In this document: piece after piece, positions 29,472 to 37,874 of the stretch
Position numbering within the stretch: the stretch's first letter is position 1
Layout: every line of letters begins with the position of its first letter
DNA from: Candidatus Undinarchaeales archaeon
GTDB taxonomy: Archaea; SpSt-1190; JASMDC01
Direction: 5' to 3'
NCBI GenBank assembly: GCA_030753015.1
Contig: JASMDC010000005.1
Coordinates: 64,001 to 128,000, forward strand
Length of the DNA: 64,000 nt
Position numbers and translations under genes: made by a program
Notes under the pieces: model-generated
Told to the model about the DNA's origin: nothing
What the model saw: only the letters and a program-made list of their open reading frames with translations
Databases searched by the model: none

Positions 29472-31175
29472 TCACATCATCGTGTATTTCGGCCCGCCCC
29501 CGCCCTCCGGCGGTACCCACGTGATGATCTCGTAGGGATCCTTCACGTCACAGGTCTTGCAGTGGACACAGTTGGAGAAATTGATCTTGAGCGTGGGCTT
29601 GCCCGTCTCCTCGTCGACCTCCATCTCGTAGACATTGGCCGGGCAGAACCTCGTGCACGGATTCTGGTATTCCTTGGTGCACTTAGTGTAGCAGATGCTT
29701 GTGTCCGCCACTCTGAGGTGGGGCGGTTGCTTCTCCTCGTGGATGGTCCCGGAATGGTACACGTCCGTCTCCTTGTTGAAGGTCCGCTTCCCATCGAACG
29801 CGATGATGCCCTTCTCCTCGTCCGTGGGCGAGTCCGTCCCATAGTGATCGGCCACCGTTCTCAGGGATGTGTAATCGGGTTGCGCTCCGAGGCGGGCCTT
29901 GAGGAACCGCCCCCCAAAAAGGAACTGGAACCCTCCCCTGACCAGCCCGGCCCACAATCCCTGGTGGAAGGCTTGGTGGAAGTTGCGCGATCTGTAGAGT
30001 TCTTGGCCGACATCGCTTCCGAGGAGTGAGTCAGCGTAGCCTTTGAGCACGGCCTCCGAGAACTCGTTCTTCTTGATGGCCTCGAAGATGGAGTCTGCGG
30101 CCAGCATCCCGGACCTCATGGCCACATGGATCCCCTTGAGCTTCTGGCTGATGAAGAGGCTTGCTGAGTCCCCGACGATGAGCCCGCCCTCAAAGGTGAG
30201 CTTCGGGATGGAGAAGTACCCGCCCACGGGGGCGGTCTTTGCCCCGTACTGGAGGGGCTTCCCTCCCTCGAGCAGGCCGCCGATGAAGGGATGGAGCTTG
30301 TACTTCTGGAACTCGGAATGGGGGTCCAGGAATGAATCCTTGTAGTCCAGGCCGGTCATGAGCCCCAGGGCGACCCGGTCGTTCTTCATGCCATAGATGA
30401 ACCCTCCCCCGTAGGTACTGCTCTTGTGGGGATAGCCCATGGTGTGGATGACCTCTCCCGGCTCGATCCTTCCCTTCGGGACCTCCCACACCTCCTTCAC
30501 TCCGAGCACGTAGCTCTGGGGGTTCTTCCCCTTGTCCAGATCGAATCGGTCGATGACAGCCTTGGTGAGGCCCCCCCGGGACCCCTCTCCGAACACGGTG
30601 ACCTTGGCGTGGAGGTCGATCCCCGACTCGAAATTGGCCTTCTTGTTGCCGTCCGCATCGATCCCGTTATCCCCCGTCCTGACACCGATCACCCGGTCCC
30701 CGTCGTACAGTACTTCCGTGGCCGCAAAGCCGGGGAAGACGTCGACGCCGTTCTCCTCGACCAGCCGACCCATCCATTCGGTCAATCTGGAGAGTGAGAC
30801 CACATAGTGGCCGCGGTTGTCCATGGGAGGGGGTGTGAACGGGAGCCCTATCTTCCAGCCCTTCGTCAGGAAACAGACCGCCTCCTTCCGGACCTCACCC
30901 TCCAGAGGCGCATCCTTCTCCAGGAAGTCCGGGACGAGCTCCTTGAGGGCACTCGGATCAAGGACCGCCCCGGAGATGCTGTGGGTGCCCACGGAAGAGG
31001 CCTTTTCCAGCAGGGCGATCATGGGCTCGTCGATCCTCTCTCCCTCACCCTCCTGCTCGACCTTCTCGTTGTGTTTTCTAATGAGGTTCGTAAGATGGAG
31101 CGCCCCGCTCAGGCAAGCGATGCCGCCGCCCACGAAGAGCACGTCCACCTCCATGATCTCCCGCTCTTCTTCCAT
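29472..31175 (-). CDS. ETF:quinone oxidoreductase (fused FAD + 4Fe-4S)
   Basis: VGGG FAD loop, SGAV, GVKEVW, KGIH.AM.SG, FCPANVYE, NCVHCKTCD, WVPPEGGGGP. Confidence 0.93.
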   Translation of the reverse strand: MEEEREIMEVDVLFVGGGIACLSGALHLTNLIRKHNEKVEQEGEGERIDEPMIALLEKASSVGTHSISGAVLDPSALKELVPDFLEKDAPLEGEVRKEAVCFLTKGWKIGLPFTPPPMDNRGHYVVSLSRLTEWMGRLVEENGVDVFPGFAATEVLYDGDRVIGVRTGDNGIDADGNKKANFESGIDLHAKVTVFGEGSRGGLTKAVIDRFDLDKGKNPQSYVLGVKEVWEVPKGRIEPGEVIHTMGYPHKSSTYGGGFIYGMKNDRVALGLMTGLDYKDSFLDPHSEFQKYKLHPFIGGLLEGGKPLQYGAKTAPVGGYFSIPKLTFEGGLIVGDSASLFISQKLKGIHVAMRSGMLAADSIFEAIKKNEFSEAVLKGYADSLLGSDVGQELYRSRNFHQAFHQGLWAGLVRGGFQFLFGGRFLKARLGAQPDYTSLRTVADHYGTDSPTDEEKGIIAFDGKRTFNKETDVYHSGTIHEEKQPPHLRVADTSICYTKCTKEYQNPCTRFCPANVYEMEVDEETGKPTLKINFSNCVHCKTCDVKDPYEIITWVPPEGGGGPKYTMM

Positions 31176-31435
31176 GATCAGCCCTCCATGACATCCGGCA
31201 AGGCACCTAGTTCCAAGGATTAGACTTTAAATCTCACGTTTTTTCGGCCCCTCTCCTCGCAGGATCTCACAAGGTCCCGCGATCATCACGCGGCTTCGGG
31301 CGGGGATGACAAACGGGTGAGGGGAGATACCCTGTCACGATCGGTCCGACAGGGGCACGGTCCGGGAAAACTCATCCCTCGGGCTGATAGAGTTTTAATA
31401 TTTCGAGGCGTTATGCCTTGATTTGCACATCGTAA

Positions 31436-31467
31436 ATGAAAAATCTTAAAAGCGTTTTAATTTTCAT
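31436..31467. promoter_or_regulatory. AT-rich inverted repeat upstream of acyl-CoA synthetase
   Basis: ATGAAAA-ATC-TTAAAA-GCG-TTTTAA-TTTTCAT, ending 18 nt before ATG 31486; overlaps a likely TATA box. Confidence 0.4.
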
Positions 31468-31485
31468 CAGGCACCGGTCATAACA

Positions 31486-33132
31486 ATGGGAGAAACGAGC
31501 GGATTCGATTATGATGATAAGGTCTCGGACTGGAACTGGGATGTCCCAAAGAAATACAACATGGGCTACGATTGTTGTGATCGGGTGGCAGATGATCCCG
31601 CGACCAGCAATAAGGTCGCCCTGTACTGGGAGAACGAGAAGGGGGAAGAGAGAAGATTCACGTTCCTTGAAATGAAGAACCTTAGCAACAGGTTCGGGAA
31701 TGCCCTCAGGAAGCTGGGCTTCTCGAAGGGCGACCGCTTTCTCATGCGTCTTCCGAACGTCCCGGAGTTCCAGATGGTATTCCTCGGGGGTGTGAAGATA
31801 GGTGCCGTGCCGATCCCGTCCAGCACGATGTTCAAGGCCAAGGAGATCGAGTACCGGATCCTGGACTCGGATGCGATCGCGGTCATAACGACCCCCGAAG
31901 GGATGGAGGATGTCGACAAGATCAAGGGCAACTGCCCGACACTGAAACACATTATCATTGTTGGAGATGAGCTGAAGGAGGGGGAGCTCTCCTTCTATGA
32001 CCTGATAGAGAACGAGTCTACCGAGCTGGAGATCGAGGATACGGATGCCGAGGACATGGCTTTCTTCTGCTACACCTCAGGGACCACAGGGATGCCCAAG
32101 GGCGCAGTGCATGCGCACCGGTGGGTCATCGGGAACGATCCCGCTTCACAATACTGGCAGACCTATCGGCCGGACGATATCATGGCACACACGGGGGCGC
32201 TGAACTGGATCTTCCCACTGGGTAACGCGTTCCTGTACGCATGGAGGCACAAAACTACCGTCTTTCTGTACGATGGGAGGTTCGAACCCGAGATCTGGTT
32301 CTCGCTGCTGGAGAAGTACAAGGTCACGAACCTTGCTTCGGTCCCGACCTGCTACCGGATGTTCTTAACGATAGAGGACGCGGAGAAGAGATACGATCTG
32401 GGCGCCCTCAGGCACTGCATAAGCGCGGGCGAGCCTCTGAACCCCGAGGTGGTCAAGGAATGGAGGGAGAGGTTCAACTGCGAGATCCTCGACGGTATCG
32501 GGATGACCGAGGTCATGGTGTACCTCTCCAACATCACGGACATGCCGATCAAGCCGGGCTCCTGCGGCAGGCCCCAGCCGGGCCATGTATGCGAGATCGT
32601 GGACGACGACGCGAACCCCGTTCCGCCGAATGTCCCCGGCACCCTCGCAGTAAGCCAGGACGATCCCGGTCTGTTCAAGGAGTACTGGAACAAGCCCGAG
32701 AAGACGAGCAAGAGCTTCAAGAACGGATGGTTCCTGAGCGGCGACACCCTGTATAAGGACAAGGAGGGCTACTTCTGGTTCTCTGGCAGGGGTGACGACC
32801 TCATCATGACCGCGGGATACAGGGTCTCGCCCTTCGAGGTGGAGAGCGTGGTGAACCACCACCCCGCCGTCCTCGAGTCCGCGGCGGTCGCATCGCCTGA
32901 CGAGGTCAGGGGGGTCATCGTCAAGTCGTTCATCATACTGAACGAGGGTTACGAACCTTCGGACGAGCTCGCCAAGAACATCCAGCGGTTCGTGAGGAAG
33001 AACACGGCTCCATACAAGTACCCGAGGGAGATCGATTTCGTCGAATCCCTCCCAAAGACCCAGAGCGGAAAGACGAAGAGGAAGCTGCTTCGCGAAAAGG
33101 AGATCGAACAGAAGATGGCCCCGGGGCCATAG
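31486..33132 (+). CDS. Medium-chain acyl-CoA synthetase
   Basis: YTSGTTGMPKG, SAGEPLN, GMTE, GRGDD, PYKYPR, PKTQSGK. Confidence 0.93.
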   Translation: MGETSGFDYDDKVSDWNWDVPKKYNMGYDCCDRVADDPATSNKVALYWENEKGEERRFTFLEMKNLSNRFGNALRKLGFSKGDRFLMRLPNVPEFQMVFLGGVKIGAVPIPSSTMFKAKEIEYRILDSDAIAVITTPEGMEDVDKIKGNCPTLKHIIIVGDELKEGELSFYDLIENESTELEIEDTDAEDMAFFCYTSGTTGMPKGAVHAHRWVIGNDPASQYWQTYRPDDIMAHTGALNWIFPLGNAFLYAWRHKTTVFLYDGRFEPEIWFSLLEKYKVTNLASVPTCYRMFLTIEDAEKRYDLGALRHCISAGEPLNPEVVKEWRERFNCEILDGIGMTEVMVYLSNITDMPIKPGSCGRPQPGHVCEIVDDDANPVPPNVPGTLAVSQDDPGLFKEYWNKPEKTSKSFKNGWFLSGDTLYKDKEGYFWFSGRGDDLIMTAGYRVSPFEVESVVNHHPAVLESAAVASPDEVRGVIVKSFIILNEGYEPSDELAKNIQRFVRKNTAPYKYPREIDFVESLPKTQSGKTKRKLLREKEIEQKMAPGP

Positions 33133-33161
33133 GCTCTATGTGCGAGATCGAGGGGAACGCT

Positions 33162-34805
33162 ATGAAAGACTTACGTCCGAACATGGAGGATTACGAGAAG
33201 ACCCGCAACGAGTTCAAGCTCGAAGTGCCCGAGTACTTCAACTTCGGATTCGACGTTGTCGATCAGTGGGCCGAGGACCGCACGAAGCTCGCTCTGGTGT
33301 CGGTCAATCCGGACGACACCGTGCAGAAGCACACCTTCTGGGACATCAAGACCGGTTCGAACCGCGTCGCGAACGTGCTCAAGAAGCTCGGGCTCAAGAA
33401 GGGCGACCGCGTGTTCATCATGCTACCCCAGTGCGCTGAGTGGTACATGTGCATGATCGGCATGTTCAAGCTCGGTATCGTGCCCATGCCGGCGACCGCC
33501 ATGTGCACCGCCAAGGACGTCGAGTACCGCATCAAGACCGCAGGTGCCGTCATGGCCATCAGCGATGGAGTGGGCGCCGTCAAGGTCGATGATGTGTTCG
33601 ACGATCTGGACTGCCTTACCAAGCGCATGGTCCTGGGTGACAAGCGTGAAGGCTGGCTCTCCTACGATGACGAGGTCGCCGGTGCATCCTTGCAGCTCGA
33701 GGGCGTCGAGAAGACGAGGTCCGACGATACCCTTCTCCTCTACTTCACCTCCGGGACCACATCCTACCCCAAGATGGTGCTTCATACACAGGCGTCGTAT
33801 GGCATCGCTCACCGCATCACGGCCACGTTCTGGCAGGACCTCAAGCCCACCGATCTTCATTGGACCATGTCCGATACCGGGTGGGCCAAGGCTGCCTGGG
33901 GCAAGCTCTTCGGGCAGTGGACCGTCGGTGCCGCCGTGTTCCAGCTCGAGGGTAAGTTCGACGCTAAGCGGACGCTCGGAGCGATGCAGAACTATGGCAT
34001 CACGACCTTCTGTGCGCCGCCCACGGTGTACCGTGTGATGGTGAACGCTGACCTAAAGGCCTTCGACCTTTCCGACCTGCGCCACTGCATGGCTGCCGGA
34101 GAGCCGCTGAACCCAGAGGTCATGCGCATCTGGAAGGAGGGCACCGGTACGCACATCTACGACGGGTACGGCCAGACCGAGACCGTGAACCTCGTGGCCA
34201 ACTACCGGTGCCTGCCGATCAAGCCCGGGTCCATGGGCAAGCCCACGCCCGGGTTCTACGTTTCCGTCATCGACGACGAAGGTAATGAGGTCCCCCCGGA
34301 CACGGAGGGCCATATCGCCGTTCGCGTGAAGCCCGAGCGCCCCGTGGGGCTGTTCAAGGAGTATTGGATGGAGCCTGACAAGACCGCTAGCGCCTATATG
34401 GGCGACTGGTACCTCACTGGCGACAAGGCCTACAAGGACACTGACGGTTACCTATTCTTCGTCGGACGAGTGGACGACGTCATCATCACGTCGGGCTACC
34501 GCATCGGTCCCTTCGAGGTCGAGAGCGCGCTGCTCGAGCATCCTGCCGTGCAGGAGTCGGCCGTGGTCGCTGCACCTGACAAGACCCGCGGTGAGGTCGT
34601 GAAGGCCTTTGTCATCCTTGCCCCAGGTTTCGATGGGAACGACGATCTGGTCAAGGAACTGCAGACCCACGTGAAGACGGTCACAGCACCCTACAAGTAC
34701 CCTCGCCGTATCGAGTTCGTCACCGAGCTCCCCAAGACCATCAGCGGCAAGATCCGCCGCGGTGAGCTCAAGGAGCGCGAGTGGAAGGACTGGAAGATCA
34801 AGTGA
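33162..34805 (+). CDS. Medium-chain acyl-CoA synthetase (second paralog)
   Basis: FTSGTTSYPK, DTGWAK, AGEPLN, YGQTET, GRVDD, PYKYPR, PKTISGK; ATG 33162 after GAGGGG. Confidence 0.93.
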   Translation: MKDLRPNMEDYEKTRNEFKLEVPEYFNFGFDVVDQWAEDRTKLALVSVNPDDTVQKHTFWDIKTGSNRVANVLKKLGLKKGDRVFIMLPQCAEWYMCMIGMFKLGIVPMPATAMCTAKDVEYRIKTAGAVMAISDGVGAVKVDDVFDDLDCLTKRMVLGDKREGWLSYDDEVAGASLQLEGVEKTRSDDTLLLYFTSGTTSYPKMVLHTQASYGIAHRITATFWQDLKPTDLHWTMSDTGWAKAAWGKLFGQWTVGAAVFQLEGKFDAKRTLGAMQNYGITTFCAPPTVYRVMVNADLKAFDLSDLRHCMAAGEPLNPEVMRIWKEGTGTHIYDGYGQTETVNLVANYRCLPIKPGSMGKPTPGFYVSVIDDEGNEVPPDTEGHIAVRVKPERPVGLFKEYWMEPDKTASAYMGDWYLTGDKAYKDTDGYLFFVGRVDDVIITSGYRIGPFEVESALLEHPAVQESAVVAAPDKTRGEVVKAFVILAPGFDGNDDLVKELQTHVKTVTAPYKYPRRIEFVTELPKTISGKIRRGELKEREWKDWKIK

Positions 34806-34860
34806 CATCGTCCTGAGGCAAAAGCCCCGAGCTTCCAGCGTCTAGTTCCTGGTTCGACGA

Positions 34861-34915
34861 CCCCACTTGCGCCCGCCTTCGTAGCGGCGGGATTGGTGTT
34901 GGCGCGGAGGTGGGG
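34861..34915. other. Nested GC-rich inverted repeats at left edge of AT-rich islet
   Basis: Outer CCCCAC..GCGCC / GGCGC..GTGGGG with an alternative inner CCCGCC / GGCGGG stem. Confidence 0.45.
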
Positions 34916-35208
34916 GGGGAATGAACTCACGGCTTATGCGCATTCATTTCATAATGATATAGTAAGCAGTTAGGGTATGTAAACTGATTACTCTATCATT
35001 AAGGATCATTCAACAACCTGGACGCCAGAAATGACGCCGCATAAACAGTATTATTGCGGCGTTGGGCGATCGGGATAATTCGGACTTACAAATGGATGTA
35101 ATCTTAAGCGAGAGGGGCGAAAACTTATGTGTGCCTCTTACAGTCATTTGGAAGGAAAAGGGAGGTCGGATAACCCACTGTTGTACGACGTTGGAAATCG
35201 TTAATGAT

Positions 35209-35841
35209 TTACTCCGAGAGCCATCCTTCAAAGAGCCTGTATTCTACGTTTTCCTTTCCAAGTATGCGAGCGATGCGTTCCGATGCTTCGGGCGGCACCA
35301 TGAATGCTCTGCTGGAAAGCACAGTGCCATGCAATTCCTTTACAAGTCCTTTGGATATGAAGTTTTTCTCTCTCCTTCCAATGAACTTCCGAACCACACG
35401 ATTTCTCTTGGTAACATCGGAGATCGACTCAAGCATAAAAAGCACGTAACGAGGTCGTTCGTCAGTTGAGAGGTCTTTGAAGGCACCATAGAGAACAACA
35501 CCGTCTGATGCAACGCTCGTCCGCAAGTCCCATTCCTGAAGCATTCCAACGGAACAGGATATCTGATTCTCAATACCTTTCAGTTTCCATGTCTTATTCA
35601 GCTTGGACTGTTCGAAGTGTTTCAATCGTTCGTTCACGATATCCTTGACCTTTTCTTCCAGATCACTCGAATAGACATCGATGAAGATATCAACATCGCT
35701 ATCCTTGTTGAAATCATCCCTCGCTATACTTCCGAAGAGGATGGCTCGCCGGATGAGGAGTTGTTTGGATAGCTGTCGGCAAGAGATAAGAGCGGAGATG
35801 AAGCTCATTGCATAGCCAATAATCTCATTCCTCGATGTCAA
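35209..35841 (-). CDS. Minimal nucleotidyltransferase (MNT) with extra ~80-aa C-terminal domain
   Basis: LFGSIARDDFNKDSDVDIFID = Pol-beta GS..DxD motif; TTG start overlapping upstream gene, preceded by GAGGAGG. Confidence 0.85.
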   Translation of the reverse strand: MTSRNEIIGYAMSFISALISCRQLSKQLLIRRAILFGSIARDDFNKDSDVDIFIDVYSSDLEEKVKDIVNERLKHFEQSKLNKTWKLKGIENQISCSVGMLQEWDLRTSVASDGVVLYGAFKDLSTDERPRYVLFMLESISDVTKRNRVVRKFIGRREKNFISKGLVKELHGTVLSSRAFMVPPEASERIARILGKENVEYRLFEGWLSE

Positions 35842-36265
35842 GACTTACACCCTCCTCTTGAAGCTCTTCCTCGATAATATGCCGGAGTCGTTGAAATGCC
35901 AGTATAACGCGATCGACCAGCTCCTTGGTGCATCGTCCATAAATGATAGTATCTCGCACGTCCTCGATATCGTACATGAGATCGTAGACCTCTTCCTGGC
36001 GAGGGAAAACAATCGGCATCTTCCGTTCGATAATGGCATTCAGTTTTTGGCCGGGTTGAGGGCGCTTGAACCAATTGTGCTGTACCTGCTTGCCTGCAGT
36101 AATTCGGTTAGTAACATGAAGATAGAGCTCAAGTAAATTGACCGAGCCTAACGAGGTATGGAATCCTATTGTCTGGATTCTCCGTTCCCATCCGATATCG
36201 AGAGCGTTCTGAATTTCATCGATGCTCTCGGCGATTTTCCTTATATGTTCGGTTGGAGCGGTCAT
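35825..36265 (-). CDS. HEPN-like helical protein, putative toxin partner of MNT
   Basis: 146 aa, apparently all-helical, GFHTSLGSVNLLELYL and RDTIIYG (Rx4Y variant of HEPN Rx4-6H); overlaps MNT by 17 nt. Confidence 0.62.
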   Translation of the reverse strand: MTAPTEHIRKIAESIDEIQNALDIGWERRIQTIGFHTSLGSVNLLELYLHVTNRITAGKQVQHNWFKRPQPGQKLNAIIERKMPIVFPRQEEVYDLMYDIEDVRDTIIYGRCTKELVDRVILAFQRLRHIIEEELQEEGVSLDIEE

Positions 36266-36275
36266 TTTGATCAGA

Positions 36276-36369
36276 GGTATAGTCTATACCAGTAATTGGT
36301 ATATTTTAATCCATAAAAAGGTTTCGTTTTGTGGTAAGTTTCATACCAAGATTTGGTATTAAACATACC
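36276..36369 (-). promoter_or_regulatory. Periodic GGTAT/ATACC operator array flanking a BRE-TATA promoter
   Basis: GGTAT-N5-ATACC-N7-GGTAT (36276-36302) and GGTAA-N5-ATACC-N7-GGTAT-N5-ATACC (36333-36369) either side of minus-strand CGAAACC-TTTTTAT. Confidence 0.7.
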
Positions 36370-36790
36370 ATCAAGGCCCGTGACAAAATCGTGTCGACGA
36401 TGTCGTACAACTGCCTATACCTGCAATTTTCTTTCAGATGAAGTGACCTCCGCCCTTATTCGGGTATCGCCCCTAATGCGCTCTAGTATACGAAAGAACC
36501 GTCACAAACCCACAATCAGAGAATCCCTACAATACGTCTATATCGCGAGAACGATCTCCGATATGAACCACACGGGCGCCATTATACGAGAGCCAGTATG
36601 AATCCGGCCAGCCCACGTCTTGTATCCGAGATGCGCTTCGGATATCACAGATCCCTGATTACAGATGCTCACGGCCTCCCGGTCGAGACCATCGCCTCGG
36701 CCCTGAACTGGTCCAGCGGGCTCTGGACACCGGCAATGTCACACCGGGTGATGTGTGTGTAGACCGCGGTCGCCACCTGGAGCATATGGT

Positions 36791-36824
36791 ATTCATCCTA
36801 CCCCTGAAAGGAGGCGGAGTTTCT
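36791..36824. mobile_element. Possible degraded IS200/IS605-type terminal hairpin
   Basis: ATTCATCCTACCCCTGAAAGGAGGCGGAGTTTC resembles the ATTCATCCCC..CCTGAAGGG..GGGGTTT type ends; no transposase nearby. Confidence 0.3.
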
Positions 36825-36867
36825 ACTTTACATCCGTTCTATGAACCCGTCACACGGGCCCGTTCGC

Positions 36868-37026
36868 TCACTCGATGGGCACCTGCACGCCCTCGAAGGA
36901 CCGTGAGGCGTACATGCGCCGGTAGGCGAGGAAGGCAGCGACGCTGAGCACGGCGGCCACAGCGAGGAAGCACATCCCACTGCAACAGTTCTCTTCATCA
37001 TCACAGCAGGGGCAACACGCGCACAT
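36868..37026 (-). CDS. 52-aa Cys-rich single-TM microprotein
   Basis: MCACCPCCDDEENCCSGMC-FLAVAAVLSVAAFLAY-RRM...; AAAAGG-TATATAAG promoter 22 nt upstream of ATG. Confidence 0.65.
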   Translation of the reverse strand: MCACCPCCDDEENCCSGMCFLAVAAVLSVAAFLAYRRMYASRSFEGVQVPIE

Positions 37027-37048
37027 GGCTCCACATCGTCGCCTCGGG

Positions 37049-37062
37049 CTTATATACCTTTT
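37049..37062 (-). promoter_or_regulatory. Archaeal BRE-TATA promoter
   Basis: Minus strand AAAAGGTATATAAG at leaderless spacing from ATG 37026. Confidence 0.65.
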
Positions 37063-37079
37063 GCGAGCCGCTAGGGCCT

Positions 37080-37817
37080 TCACCCATTGAAGAGCACGGG
37101 CGCAAGGCCCTTCACGGGCACGGGGACCAGGTAGTAGTCCTCGCCGAGCAGCACGTCCCCGGAAACTGAGAAGGGCTCGAGCCGGGGAAATGCGGTCTTC
37201 CTGAAACCGAGTAGGGCCACGGCGTTCCCGTCGTCATGGTCAGCGAGTATGCACCGGTCGCCCGGCGGCGGGTACGTACGGCACGCATCGGGCCTGTCAT
37301 CATATCCCTTGCAGGACAGGTCCAGGATTAGGCGTTCCCCGTGCACCTTCGCATCGACATTCAGGTCACTGCAGGCCTGGCGCACGACCACTGAGCGAGG
37401 AACGTGGCGGGCCAGAAGGCGTGCGGATTCATCATCATCTCTATACCGTACAACGACCAGGATCACATCGTCCCGCGCTGTACGAGGCACCATGTTGCCC
37501 ACACCCACGAAGCAGCACAGCCCGTCACTGCACGTGCGTTTTTCACAGCGCACGCTCCGGGCCACCTTCCTGAACCGGGAGGCGTCCACCTGTTCGTCGA
37601 GATATCGATGGTCTCGCCACCGCGAGAGGCCGAGCGCACGGGCAGCGAATATCGCGGGAAGGGGCCAGAATATGTTGAGGGCCACTGCAGCAAGCACGAT
37701 ACCACGGGCCGAGAAACCTTCCGACCATACTACAGCAAGTGCCGTTAGTGTCCCGATCGCAAGGGTGACTACATAGAATCGTTCCTCGCGGTCCTCCAGG
37801 TCAGTGACCGTGGCCAT
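37080..37817 (-). CDS. Membrane-anchored YkgJ/CxxCxxCC-like Cys-cluster protein
   Basis: Two N-terminal TM segments, CEKRTCSDGLCC, CSDL, CKGYDDRPDACRTYP; start trimmed to ATG 37817 to avoid overlap with DUF116 gene. Confidence 0.7.
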   Translation of the reverse strand: MATVTDLEDREERFYVVTLAIGTLTALAVVWSEGFSARGIVLAAVALNIFWPLPAIFAARALGLSRWRDHRYLDEQVDASRFRKVARSVRCEKRTCSDGLCCFVGVGNMVPRTARDDVILVVVRYRDDDESARLLARHVPRSVVVRQACSDLNVDAKVHGERLILDLSCKGYDDRPDACRTYPPPGDRCILADHDDGNAVALLGFRKTAFPRLEPFSVSGDVLLGEDYYLVPVPVKGLAPVLFNG

Positions 37818-37874
37818 GGGCGCCTGAGGGGGCGAGGAAAAGACATTAATACCTGTCACACCTTCGCGTGCACC

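Noticed and set aside
35010-35067. Possible integron attC site (hairpin ending in GTTGGGC)
   Set aside because: No matching inverse core site, no second copy and no integrase.
36276-36369. Mini CRISPR array or iterons next to a possibly Cas2-like domain
   Set aside because: Units are 5-bp alternating inverted half-sites with 5-7 nt gaps, not 25-40 bp direct repeats with spacers; no cas or rep genes.
36370-36790. Short ORFs or pseudogene in gap after the islet
   Set aside because: No recognisable protein motif in frames read.
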